DNA of 64,000 nt, from NCBI GenBank assembly GCA_963792925.1, contig CAWBYC010000005.1, positions 15,353-79,352 of the forward strand, read 5' to 3'. The translations under genes were made by a program, and so were the position numbers. This stretch comes from an uncultured Bacteroidales bacterium. Its GTDB lineage: Bacteria > Bacteroidota > Bacteroidia > Bacteroidales > VadinHA17. Under the pieces are notes generated by a model. The model saw nothing but the letters and a program-made list of their open reading frames with translations. It did no database searches and was not told the DNA's origin. Every line of letters starts with the position of its first letter. The stretch's first letter is position 1. Shown here in pieces: positions 10,620-20,559 of the stretch.

Positions 10620-11788
10620 TCATCGTTCCATCAATGCCAGAAACTCTCCAAACAAATACTGGCTGTCGTGCGGACCGGCGGAGGCTTCGGGATGATATTG
10701 CACGCCGAAGGCCGGCAATTCGCGGTGCCGGACGCCTTCGACCGTCTGATCGTTCAGATTGATGTGCGTGACTTCCGCGTCGCTCGGGCAGCGACTCCGC
10801 ATCCAAGCGAAGCCGTGGTTTTGCGTGGTGATCTCCACCTGGCCGGTGCTGCGATTCAGCACCGGTTGGTTGGCGCCGCGATGGCCGAACTTCAGCTTGT
10901 AGATTTCCCCCCCCAGCGCCAAGCCCAGCAACTGCTGGCCCAGACAGATGCCGAAGACGGGCTTCTTGCCCAGAGGCCGCGAATGGTGTTGACGGCATAG
11001 TCCAGCGGCCGGGGGTCGCCCGGGCCGTTGGAGAGGAACACGCCGTCGGGGTCCATGAGCGAGGACTTCCTCGGCGGTGGCCGTGCCCGGCACGACGGTC
11101 ACGCGGCAGCCCATCTCGCCCAGATGGCGGGGGATGTTCCACTTCATGCCGTAGTCGATGGCGACGACGTGCGGCGGAGCAACGCCCGGCGGAGAAACGC
11201 CGGAGTTCGGGAAACACCGGGTGTTTCTCCGCCGGCCAGGGGGATTCGCCCAGCTCCGACAATCCGTCGGTCCAGTCGAACGACTCGGCGGGAACGACTT
11301 CTCGCACCAGGTCGCGACCCACGAGTGCCGGGACTGCGACTGGGCCTTCGCGATCAGCGACGCGTCGTCGAGATCGGCCGTCGACAGCACGCCGGTCATC
11401 GCTCCGCGGACCCGCAATCGCCGCACGAGCGACCGCGTGTCGATGCCTTCCAGACCGACGACGCCGGCGTCAGCCAGGTAGTCGTTCAGCGAAGCCGTCG
11501 AGCGAAAGTTGCTCGGAAAGCGGCACAATTCCCGGACAGACGAAACCCACGCAGCGAGATGCCCTGGCTTTCCACGTCCTCGGGATTGACGCCGTAGTTT
11601 CCGATCAGCGGATACGTCATCGTGACGATTTGACCGCGGTAGGACGGATCGGTCAGGATTTCCTGATAGCCGGTCATGCCGGTGTTGAAGACGACTTCGC
11701 CGAAGACTTCGCCTTCGGCTCCGAAGGCCGTTCCGGGAGACAGGCTGCCGTCTTCGAGGGCGAGCTTCGCGGGTCGTGGTTGTGGCAT
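10620..11788 (-). CDS. carA: carbamoyl-phosphate synthase small subunit, frame-disrupted
   Basis: The N-terminal part is [60 protein letters not shown]. The GATase part is [33 protein letters not shown]...[14 protein letters not shown]. The protein is spread over ORFs 11486..12037, 10620..11528 and 10564..11322. Confidence 0.85.
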
Positions 11789-12083
11789 TAGTGTTGATCG
11801 CGGATCGGGCTCGTCCGCGCCGCCGGCGGGTTGGTGACGGGCCGCGAACGGTCGTCCTGGGATTTCAAGATTTCGTTCGACGGCGATGCTATCAGACGGT
11901 GCGCAAAAAACGAAGAGACCGGCGAGAGGCCGATCTCTTCGCGATGGCTTTTGAGGGAATCGGCTGAAACCGGTCACTCCGACCGTCTGGTTGGTAGGGC
12001 GGGGCGATGTCGTCTTCGTTAGTAGCGGAATTCGCAAGAATTCCGAAAGGAGTTGGTCTTCATCCCGACTGAGCGAAGTCGTG

Positions 12084-12485
12084 TCAGATGCCGTTATTAT
12101 CGTGAGTCAACACGAATTCGTCGAAGCGAACTTCGTCGCTGTTGGGGTCGCTGATGCTGTGGAAAAGTTCTTCCATCAGCCCGTGAAATCGTGTTTGACG
12201 CACGGAGTAATAGTTGTGCTTGCCATCGCGACGGGCTTCGATCAGTCCCGCCACGCGGAGCAATGCAAGATGATGGCTGACGGCCGGCTGACTCTGATCC
12301 AGTTTCTCGCACAACGCCGTCACGTGCAGTTCTCCTTCGCGGGCCAGATACATCAGCACGCGCAGGCGGGTCTCGTCGGAGAGCAGCTTGAAAACCTGAA
12401 CGAGATCCTTCTCCAATCGCCCCGGAATCTCGGGAAACCGGTATTGCTTCGGCCGGGCCATCGGTTCAGCAACATTCGTGGGCAT
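12084..12485 (-). CDS. ArsR/SmtB family transcriptional regulator
   Basis: [62 protein letters not shown] is a classical ArsR HTH. The start is taken at MPTNV; the ORF track starts at 12587. Confidence 0.75.
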   Translation of the reverse strand: MPTNVAEPMARPKQYRFPEIPGRLEKDLVQVFKLLSDETRLRVLMYLAREGELHVTALCEKLDQSQPAVSHHLALLRVAGLIEARRDGKHNYYSVRQTRFHGLMEELFHSISDPNSDEVRFDEFVLTHDNNGI

Positions 12486-13681
12486 GTTCGTCTTCTCTTT
12501 CGTGTTCGGAAGAGCGTTGGGCGAAACGGCGGGCTGGTTCGTTTCGCCATCGGCTGGTGGTGTCTGGAAATCGCCTGACGCATCCATCGAGGTCTACGGT
12601 CCTTTCCCTGGAGACGGCCGAGACAGACTCCCGCACGCAGTCGTGCGATCTGCCAACGAACGACGCCGTCAAGTCAATGACTCAACCTCGTTGTTTCATG
12701 CGATTTCTAATGTGTCGAGTTTGCGGGAACCCTAAACCCTGATTCCCGGCAAGTCTCGGCGGATTCGCCGAAGGTTTTGCCAGGATGATGTGAATTCGGA
12801 TCGACTCGTCAAAATGACGGGTTCCCTTGAAGACTGGCAGCGAACGTTCAAAACGGAGGCCTCCGGCTGGCCCAGAACCAGCGTGTCTCTCTGGAACGAA
12901 CACCACCGGCATTATGGTCTCGGGCGAGACGGTCGTCAACGACATTCGGCCCGATTTTTCATCGGGAATTACCCCAATTCCCAGGTCTCGCGGTCGCAGA
13001 ACCTCCCCGAAGGCAACGTGAAATTCCGCCCCGCAAGGCCTGCCCCACAAGGAGATACGACGAAGGGCACGCTCTTGAAATCGACACACCCCCGATGTCG
13101 CACGAATTATTGCGTCGGATCGGCCAACGTCAATTCGTCACAGACTCGACAACCTCGCGAAACTCATGGCTTGGATTCCCTTCTAACGATTCTGCCGCAA
13201 TACCGTCATCAAGTTGGAATCACCCGCGAATTGGAAGCATGCGAGTGTCGGCGGACTCGGCAGGCGTGCAACGTCGTCGCGCAGCGCCGTGTAGGGGGAA
13301 ATCTTTTCCCTTTCGAAATGCTGCGGGAAATCAGGCGGCCGAACCGCGACCGCTCGGTTCGGCCAGCGAATTGGCATCGTTTTTGCCATTCCATTTCGCC
13401 GCAGACGATTTTCCCGGAAATTCGGATGTCATTCATCCTGACTTGATGTTTCGAAACGAGAATCCCCCCGCCACACGCCGCCAGCATGCCTCAACTCGCG
13501 GCCCTCCCGCTTGAAAACCTTTCGGACCAACGTCACCGAATGGTGCCGCTGTTTCTCCGGCCGACGCAAGCTGACGGATCGTTCGCTGCGTTCCGAATCC
13601 CCCCGCGAACCACGGGTTTTCCTCATCAACCAACCTCCCAAAGCTCTCGCAACCAATTGGAATTCACGAAGGAATGGAATC

Positions 13682-14674
13682 ATGAGCACGCGACGAACTC
13701 TTTTCGCCGCAATGGCAATCTGTGGGATTCTGGCCGGCTGCCTGACGTCGGCGGCCCCCGGCGTCTCGGAAGACGATGCGACGACCGAATCCCACGGTTG
13801 CTGCAATGCCGTTTACGGGATGACGGTCTCCTACGGTGAAAAATGGCTGGCATACTATGGAACCGGCAAGTCGATCCACCTGCAGGAACTGCCGCACCGG
13901 AAACCGGCGGGAAAGCTCATCTATCACAACTGCGAGGTGAGTTGTGCCGTGTTTCACCCCAGTGAATCGACGCTGTTTGCGTGTTACGTCGACGGAAGCG
14001 TCGTTCGCTGGTCGCACGGCCGGGGAGCGTGGCGTCCGCAGCGGATCGGCCGGTTGAATAACGAACTTCTGGCCTGCGCCGTTTCAGCCACCGGCGACTT
14101 TCTCGCGGTCGGAAACTGCAACGGCGACGTCGCCGTCTGGTCGCTGAATGGCAAGCCGCAATCCCTCCGCCTCTTGAAACACGGCAACGCGATCTGGAAC
14201 CTCACTTTCACGCCCGATGGCGGCCAATTGGCCGCGGTCGGTGCGGACGGGATGTTCAAACTCTGGAACGTCGACTCCTGGACGGCGACGGACGTGGCGA
14301 GCGGACACCGCGGCGTGGTCTCGCAGCTCGCGTTCTCGGAAGACGGTGTGCTGCTCGCAACGGCCGGATACGACGGCATGTTGCGGATGATCGATCGCCA
14401 AAGTGGCCGGCTGTTGTGGAGCGTCAAAACATCGCCGCGCGGTATCCGATCCATCGGGTTTTCCGCAGACGGTGCCGTTGTGGCCATCGGATCGCTGTTT
14501 TCGGGCCAAGTGCAGTTGCGCGGCGTTCGTTCCGGCCAATCCCTCAGCGTCATCCCGGCTCACCGAACGACCGTTACTCACGTGCAGTTTCTTGCCGATG
14601 GCACGTTGCTCACGTCTTCGCACGATGGGACGATTGAAGCGTTCGTCAACGCGCTGGAACGAGATCCCGGCTGA
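13682..14674 (+). CDS. WD40-repeat lipoprotein
   Basis: ATG at 13682 gives MSTRRTLFAAMAICGILAGCLTS (signal peptide and lipobox). Repeated WD-like units follow (GDVAVWSL, MFKLWNV, DGMLRMID, DGTIEAFV). Confidence 0.75.
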   Translation: MSTRRTLFAAMAICGILAGCLTSAAPGVSEDDATTESHGCCNAVYGMTVSYGEKWLAYYGTGKSIHLQELPHRKPAGKLIYHNCEVSCAVFHPSESTLFACYVDGSVVRWSHGRGAWRPQRIGRLNNELLACAVSATGDFLAVGNCNGDVAVWSLNGKPQSLRLLKHGNAIWNLTFTPDGGQLAAVGADGMFKLWNVDSWTATDVASGHRGVVSQLAFSEDGVLLATAGYDGMLRMIDRQSGRLLWSVKTSPRGIRSIGFSADGAVVAIGSLFSGQVQLRGVRSGQSLSVIPAHRTTVTHVQFLADGTLLTSSHDGTIEAFVNALERDPG

Positions 14675-14708
14675 CGTCGGCAGTGAGTTCACAGTACTCG
14701 TCCAAAGC

Positions 14709-15866
14709 TCATTCCGTCACCCAACTGCGGCCGTACTCCGGGTCTTCGAATTCGAGCGCCTGCCGCGCGACGTGCAGGGGGCGGAAGGTGTCGATCATCA
14801 CGGCGAGTTCTTCGGTCCGCTTCTTGCCGATGGACGCCTCCGCCCGGCCGGGATGCGGGCCGTGGGGGATGCCGGCGGGGTGCACGGTCAGCGAGCCATA
14901 GGCGATGCCCTTGCGGCTCATGAATTCGTCGTTGGCGTAGAACAGCACTTCGTCGCTCATCACGTTCGCGTGGTTGTACGGTGCGGGGACGGCGTCCGGG
15001 TGGAAGTCGAACAGCCGCGGGACGAACGAGCACATCACGAAGCCGTCGGCCGCGAACGTCTGATGCACCGGCGGGGGCTGATGCAGCGACCCGGTGATCG
15101 GCTCGAAGTCGTGAATCGAAAGCGCGAACGGATAATAGCAGCCGTCCCAGCCGACGACGTCCAGCGGGTGATGGTCCAGCGTGACTTCGGTGAGCAGATT
15201 CCGCTGCTTGACGACGATGCGGAACTCGCCGCTTTCGTTGTAGGTCTCCAGTTCCGCCGGCCCGCGGATGTCCCGCTCGCAGTACGGGGCATGCTCCATC
15301 AACTGGCCTTCCTGCGTCAGGTAACGATTCGGGAACCGCACCCGCGACGGCGTTTCGAAGACCAGCAGACGGCAAGGTTCGTGCGAAACGACGAATCGAT
15401 GGAGGATGCCTCGCGGCACAACAACGTAATCCCCGGACCGATACGCCAGCATACCGAATTCCGATTCCAGCCGGCCGCTCCCTTCGCTGACGTAGACGAC
15501 TTCATCCCCCTGCCCGTTGCGGTAGAAATGCTCGTCGGTCTGCGTCGGGCGGACGAGCGAGACGACAACGTCGCTATTGAACAGCACCGGCGTGCGGTCC
15601 AGCGACGGGCTTTTGGATTCGGGAACCTCGCCCAGATGAAAGTGCCGCATCCGCAGCGTGGTATCGGGTTCTTCTTCGAGCGTTATGGCCCGCAGCGTCT
15701 TCGTGGCGAGCACCCGCGTCGGCGGATGCACGTGATACAGCAATGACGCCGGCCCGCTGAACCCGTCGCTTCCCATGAGTTGCTCGGCATACAGCTCCCC
15801 CGACGGCTGCCGGAAGACGGTGTGCCGCTTGGGGGGGACGTGGCCGAGGGTGCGGTAATGGGGCAT
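14709..15866 (-). CDS. hmgA: homogentisate 1,2-dioxygenase
   Basis: This is an intact 385-aa ORF with a cupin core NGQGDEVVYVSEGSGRLESEFGMLAYRSGDYVVVPRGILHRF and GSLTVHPAGIPHGPHPG. It lies close to hppD. Confidence 0.75.
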   Translation of the reverse strand: MPHYRTLGHVPPKRHTVFRQPSGELYAEQLMGSDGFSGPASLLYHVHPPTRVLATKTLRAITLEEEPDTTLRMRHFHLGEVPESKSPSLDRTPVLFNSDVVVSLVRPTQTDEHFYRNGQGDEVVYVSEGSGRLESEFGMLAYRSGDYVVVPRGILHRFVVSHEPCRLLVFETPSRVRFPNRYLTQEGQLMEHAPYCERDIRGPAELETYNESGEFRIVVKQRNLLTEVTLDHHPLDVVGWDGCYYPFALSIHDFEPITGSLHQPPPVHQTFAADGFVMCSFVPRLFDFHPDAVPAPYNHANVMSDEVLFYANDEFMSRKGIAYGSLTVHPAGIPHGPHPGRAEASIGKKRTEELAVMIDTFRPLHVARQALEFEDPEYGRSWVTE

Positions 15867-15897
15867 GGCAGCAAGGAATCGAATTCAACGTGGTACG

Positions 15898-16308
15898 TCA
15901 CGGAATGATGTCGAGAATCGTTCCGTCCCTGAGTCGATAGTTGCGGAAGTCTCCGTCGAGCGTGAAGATGCTGGTCATCGACAGACTTTCGGCGACGGCA
16001 ATCAATGATGCATCGGCCAGAGCCATCGGCGTGTCCTGGTATTTCTGCATCAGCGCTGCAATCCGTTCGATCTCAGCCGAAAGCAAGTCGTGAATGACCA
16101 GCCGTCCGGCTCTGTAGAACGCCCACAAGCCCGACTGGAAATGAAATCCACCCTGACGTCCCAGCAGATGAAACGCTTCTGTGAAACAGGGCCAGGTTGT
16201 CAACATTGGATCGGGGGGTAATTCCACGGCCGCTTCGAAACAACGGTTGTGATTGGCGTCGTTCTTGTCGACTAACGCCACCAGCGGTCCCGCGTCAGTC
16301 AGCGTCAT
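15898..16308 (-). CDS. vapC: PIN-domain toxin (VapC family)
   Basis: MTLTDAGPLVALVDKNDANH...ALADASLIAVAESLSMTSIFTLDGDFRNY matches the PIN pattern. The gene overlaps the upstream small gene by 4 nt. Confidence 0.8.
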   Translation of the reverse strand: MTLTDAGPLVALVDKNDANHNRCFEAAVELPPDPMLTTWPCFTEAFHLLGRQGGFHFQSGLWAFYRAGRLVIHDLLSAEIERIAALMQKYQDTPMALADASLIAVAESLSMTSIFTLDGDFRNYRLRDGTILDIIP

Positions 16309-16586
16309 AGCCGCCCCTTCTTGCGCTCTTCGACCAGCAAGTCAGTGAATTTCTCACTGCAGTTTTCCGAAAGATGCGATCCTCCTGGAGCGATGTCCGC
16401 GCTGGAGACGACGCCGATCAAACCATCAAGGAATTCTGCGAGATTGCGAGGTGCCTTTGACGGCGGCGCGGGACGAACGAACCTGGCGCACAACGCAGCC
16501 ACCGCCAGCTCTTCGGCAGATTTGCCCTGAGCGGTGGCCTCTGCGGCCAATGCCGTTTCCACGTCTGTCGGAACCGCGATATTCAT
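16305..16586 (-). CDS. putative antitoxin of the VapC module
   Basis: This 93-aa ORF lies directly upstream of the PIN gene with an ATGA-type 4-nt overlap. No family was recognised beyond its position. Confidence 0.55.
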   Translation of the reverse strand: MNIAVPTDVETALAAEATAQGKSAEELAVAALCARFVRPAPPSKAPRNLAEFLDGLIGVVSSADIAPGGSHLSENCSEKFTDLLVEERKKGRL

Positions 16587-16657
16587 CGTTCTGCCTTCGA
16601 ATGTGAGACATTGACATTCTATCGCACGGATGGGGGACGGACTACGGGTTGCTCCTC

Positions 16658-16745
16658 GTAGGTCAGGCTTTCCAGCCTGACCGGATGCTTCTTGACTGTT
16701 CGTTCCTCACCGACGGGACCGGTCAGGCTGGAAAGCCTGACCTAC
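16658..16745. repeat. pair of inverted palindromic units (gtaggtcaggctttccagcctgacc ... ggtcaggctggaaagcctgacctac)
   Basis: Each unit is itself a hairpin with a 9-bp stem (ggtcaggct/agcctgacc). The two units are reverse complements of each other. The right unit overlaps the hppD stop codon. Confidence 0.7.
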
Positions 16746-17827
16746 AAATTCCCCCGCGCCGCCTGTTCCTGCTCGATGGCCTCGAACAGCGAGCGGAAAT
16801 TCCCCTTGCCGAACGAATCCGAGCCGCGGCGTTGGATGATTTCATAAAACAGCGTCGGGCGGTCTTCCACCGGGCGGGTGAAGAGTTGTAGTAGGTAGCC
16901 CTTTTCGTCGCGGTCGATGAGGATGCCCAGGTCTTCGATCGTCTCTTTGTCTTCGCGGATTTCGCCCACGCGGTCCCAGACATTTCGTAGTATTTCTCCG
17001 GAATCCGCAGAAACTCGACGCCGGCGTCCCGCAGGACGGCGACGGTGTGGATGATGTCTTTCGTCGACAGCGCGAGATGCTGCACGCCGGGGCCGCGGTT
17101 GAACTCGAGGTATTCCTGAATCTGGCTCTTCCGCCGGCCCAGCGCGGGTTCGTTGATCGGGAACTTGACGGCCGCCGTCGTGCTGGCCATCACCTTGCTC
17201 CGCAGGGCGGAGAATTCGGTCGAGATGTCTTTGTCGTCGAACGACAGGAACTGGTTGAACCCGAAGATGCGGTTGTAGTAGCTCGACCCACTCGTTCATC
17301 TTCCCGTCTTCGACGTTGCCTACGACGTGATCGATCGCCAGCAGCCCGGCACTTGGTTCGGGAATGCGGCGGAGCTTGTAGCCGGGGAGGAAGACGCCAC
17401 GGTAGTCGGTCAGCGAGATCAGCGAATGCAGCGTGTCGCCGTAGGCCCGCAGCTTCGCCCGGCGGATGCGGCCGTATTCGTCTTCGACGTCATACGGCTC
17501 CTTCGCGATCTGCCCGCCTCGATCGACGGCTTCCTGAAACGTTGCATCGACGTCGTCCACCAGAAACGCAATGTCCAGCACACCATCGCCATGAATGCGG
17601 TGATGCTCGGACATCGGATCTTCGGGGGTCAATGGCGTGCTCAACACGAGCAGAATCCGCCCCTGCTGCAGCACGTAAGACGCCTGATTCCGGACGCCGG
17701 TTTCCGGCCCGGCGTACGCGACCTGCGAAAAGCCGAACGCCTTGCGGTAATAGAACGCCGCCTGCTTGGCGTTGCCGACGAGGAGTTCGACGTGGTGGAT
17801 GGATTTGAGGGGGAGCGGGTTGGACAC
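16742..17827 (-). CDS. hppD: 4-hydroxyphenylpyruvate dioxygenase, two internal frame changes
   Basis: The N-terminus is IHHVELLVGNAKQAAFYYRKAFGF. The middle part lies in ORF 16723..17193 (FPINEPALGRRKSQIQEYLEFNRGPGVQHLALSTKDIIHTVAVLRDAGVEFL). The C-terminus is FYEIIQRRGSDSFGKGNFRSLFEAIEQEQ. Confidence 0.88.
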   Translation of the reverse strand: MSNPLPLKSIHHVELLVGNAKQAAFYYRKAFGFSQVAYAGPETGVRNQASYVLQQGRILLVLSTPLTPEDPMSEHHRIHGDGVLDIAFLVDDVDATFQEAVDRGGQIAKEPYDVEDEYGRIRRAKLRAYGDTLHSLISLTDYRGVFLPGYKLRRIPEPSAGLLAIDHVVGNVEDGKMNEWVELLQPHLRVQPVPVVRRQRHLDRILRPAEQGDGQHDGGRQVPDQRTRAGPAEEPDSGIPRVQPRPRRAASRAVDERHHPHRRRPAGRRRRVSADSGEILRNVWDRVGEIREDKETIEDLGILIDRDEKGYLLQLFTRPVEDRPTLFYEIIQRRGSDSFGKGNFRSLFEAIEQEQAARGNL

Positions 17828-17935
17828 GGGGGTCTCCTCGGAATAATGTCGCCTTTCGCTCCGCGAAAGGACGCTTTCTCCAGTTCGCTACCGTGTGCCT
17901 CACCCGACGCTCTTTCGCGGAGCGAAAGGCGACAA

Positions 17936-18943
17936 TTACGCGACGACCTTCTCGCCCGCGATCCGCGGGATCGCCTCCGGATCGAACGACGGCGGCTCGA
18001 ATGCCGTTTCCGGCCAGGTGTCGTCTTTCTCCGGCAGCGATTCCAGTTGCGAGACGTAATACGCCTGCACGCCGTCGGTCAGCATCGCTTCGGCCCCGGC
18101 AAGAAACTTCTCCGTGGCGAACCACGGTTCGGTGAAGCTCTCCAGCAATTCGTCCAGCGTGGCCTGCGAGTGGTGTTCTTCTTCGAGGTTGTGGTATTTC
18201 AGGTAGCCCAGCTCGACCTTCTGCGGCTGCGTCGCGTTCAGCTTCTCCATGCCGGCGATCCACGGTTTCCAGAGGTAGTTCGCCGCCCAGTTTTCGATGG
18301 CGAACGCGGCTCCCTCGGCGGTATTCGGATCGATGCCGGCGTAGTTGTTGAACGTGGCATCGACGAACGCCTCCGTCCCCGGCAGCGCGAGCCAGATTTT
18401 GCCGAGGTCTTCGAACTCGAGTCCCAGACCCTTCCCCATGTTCATCAGCCAGGAGAAATGCACCGACCCCAGCCGCCAATGGCCGGTGAGTTCCCCTTCG
18501 AAGCCGTCCTTGTAAGGGATGCCCTTTTCGTTGAGCAGCACGTGCAACCGCTCAAGGTAGGCGTCGTAGGTCGGTGCGTTCGAGACGAGTTTCGCCTGCG
18601 CGACGTCGAACTGCAGAGCGAAGATCGAGAACTGCTGGCACTCGTGCCGGGCCTGGGCGAACGTCACGCCGTCCGCGAAGCGTCGCAGATACCGATTACT
18701 CGCCACGATCGGATGCGACATCACCCGCGCGGCGATGTCGATCAGCAGTTGCTGGAACTCCGGCCCGCGATGCGATTCGACCTCGCCGTCGGCGATCATC
18801 CCGCGGAGTTTCTCCAGAATGGAATCCGCCTGTTCGACGAATAAGGCCATGTGGGACGGCACGTCCGAACCCGAAAGAATTCCCGTCTGCCGCAACATAT
18901 CCGCCGCGTTGGCGTCGAGTGAAATCCGCACGGTGCTGCTCAT
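17936..18943 (-). CDS. heme-oxygenase-like fold, iron-containing redox enzyme family protein (putative)
   Basis: This is an intact 335-aa ORF. HPIVASNRYLRRFADGVTFAQARHECQQFSIFALQF, LLNEKGIP...GHWRLGSVHFSWLMNMGKGLGL and YHNLEEEHH resemble PqqC/TenA/HDO-type helical bundles. The assignment rests on motif resemblance only. Confidence 0.35.
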   Translation of the reverse strand: MSSTVRISLDANAADMLRQTGILSGSDVPSHMALFVEQADSILEKLRGMIADGEVESHRGPEFQQLLIDIAARVMSHPIVASNRYLRRFADGVTFAQARHECQQFSIFALQFDVAQAKLVSNAPTYDAYLERLHVLLNEKGIPYKDGFEGELTGHWRLGSVHFSWLMNMGKGLGLEFEDLGKIWLALPGTEAFVDATFNNYAGIDPNTAEGAAFAIENWAANYLWKPWIAGMEKLNATQPQKVELGYLKYHNLEEEHHSQATLDELLESFTEPWFATEKFLAGAEAMLTDGVQAYYVSQLESLPEKDDTWPETAFEPPSFDPEAIPRIAGEKVVA

Positions 18944-19110
18944 CGTTCCCTCTCACAGGGCCTCAAGAACTGACCGTGGGAATTCTATGCACACCGCGAT
19001 GAAATGCACAGAGGATGGGCCGCGTCGGGTTGAAGTGCGATGGTTCTTCACCACTTTCCTTGTATCGCGGCGCTTCCAGCGAAAGCATTGAAGAATCAAC
19101 GCACTCCAGA

Positions 19111-20516
19111 TCAATCGCCAACAATTCCATTCCGTGTGACCGATTGCGGCGCGACAATCGCGTGCTGCGTGCCGGTCCCCACACGGCAGGCCGCGATCAG
19201 ATTGCCGGATTGCTTCGCCGTTTCCTTCCACAGGATCGCCGACCGCATCAGCTTCTTCTCCCGACGGTCGAGCACCGTGCAGCCGGTGAGGACGGTGTCG
19301 CTGCAATCTTCGAGGTAGACGCCGTGCGGCGCCCGTCGAACACCTGGCAGCCCGTGACGTTCACGCGACGGCAGCGGACGAGTTCCAGCAGGGCCTCGCG
19401 TTGTATCGGAACCGCCAACGGGACGGTGTGCCGGCCGGCGACGCAGTCTTCGATGAGCGTGCCGTGCAGGTTGATCTCGGTGGAATCGACGAACCGCACG
19501 CCGGTGCAGAGTTCGTTCTTGTGGTAGTCGGGATTGTGGCCGAAGCAGTTGGAGCCGACGACGATGTTCCGCGAGTTCTCCACCAGCAGGTTGCGGTGAT
19601 GGCCGCTGTAGATGTAGTTCCCGCTGAGGACGATGCCGCGTGCCGACGTCAGATGCACGTTGACGTGCTGGCTGCCGATGAGGTTGCCGGTGATCGTCCA
19701 CATGCCGACCTTGTGGTCCACATCGCGACCACGGCCGATAAAGCGGATGTTCGCGCCGCCGGGGCTGTAAGTGGCTTGAATCGTGTTGGAGGCGATCGTT
19801 CCTTCGCGCACGCTCCCCTCGCGGGCGTCGATGTAGATTTCGGCCGTCGGCTCGGAATCCGCGCCGGGCACTTTGTGGCTGCGGTTGTTGTTGTACTCGA
19901 TGTCGTTCCCGGTGATCTGCAGGTTGCGGATTTCGCTCTTTTCGATGCGGATGCCCCCCAGCCGACTGTAACTGATGTGCGAATCGGCGATGATCGTCTG
20001 GTGCAGGTTCACGCCGTCGAGATGCACGCCGACGCCCGTGTTGAAATAGAAATGGCAGCCGTCGATGAGCACGTTCCTCGCCCGTTCGCTGATATGCACC
20101 GCCGTCCGCACCTGCCGGATGAGGACGCCGGTGAGCGTGGGCTGCATCACGCCGACGATACGAATGCCGTCGGCTTCCTTGTGCCGACCTTCGATTTCAA
20201 TGTCGGCCACCGTCGGCATGCGTTCCTTCCGCCAGACCTGCGGTGTAAACCCCGCCGGATCGGCCGACTTTTTGTGCGACCCTTTGAGAAAGATCGCCGG
20301 TCCCGGCCCGTCCATCACGATCTTCGCCGTCCCGCCGGAGCCGTCGATCGCGATGCGGCCGCCTTTCGCGAGGTTGACTTCGAGCGTCTTCGTGATGCGG
20401 TAGTCCCCGCGCGGGAATTCGATCACACCATCGCCGGCCGTAAGGGCGTGCTGAATCGCCGCGGTGTCATCGGTGCGGCCGTCGCCTTTGGCGCCGAAGT
20501 TCTGGACGTTGGCCAT
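19111..20516 (-). CDS. right-handed parallel beta-helix / pectate-lyase-superfamily protein, one frame change near 19335
   Basis: MANVQNFGAKGDGRTDDTAAIQHALTAGDGVIEFPRGDYRITKTL is the typical N-terminus of this superfamily, followed by many beta-helix turns. The C-terminus continues in ORF 19111..19701 (GVYLEDCSDTVLTGCTVLD). Confidence 0.7.
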
Positions 20517-20559
20517 GCGGGATGCTTTCTGAAGTCCGATTCGTCAGGACTTCAACGGT

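Noticed and set aside
9543-11000. Long ORFs antisense to real genes in the GC-rich blocks (e.g. 102..1259 +, 8186..9391 +, 9543..11000 +, 14403..15746 +, 17327..18844 +, 19401..20588 +, 28375..29595 +, 47982..49229 +).
   Set aside because: Their translations are Arg/Ala/Gly/Pro-rich and low in complexity, with no recognisable motifs. Each lies opposite a gene with clear family signatures. They are typical shadow ORFs of GC-rich DNA.
12590-13680. A tmRNA, RNase P RNA or tRNA hidden in the ORF-poor spacer, and tRNA-like T-arm motifs elsewhere such as near 9440.
   Set aside because: By eye I found no acceptor or T-arm pairing, no RNase P conserved motifs and no plausible tag-peptide reading frame ending in the usual hydrophobic-Ala-Ala pattern. 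This needs a covariance-model scan before any claim.
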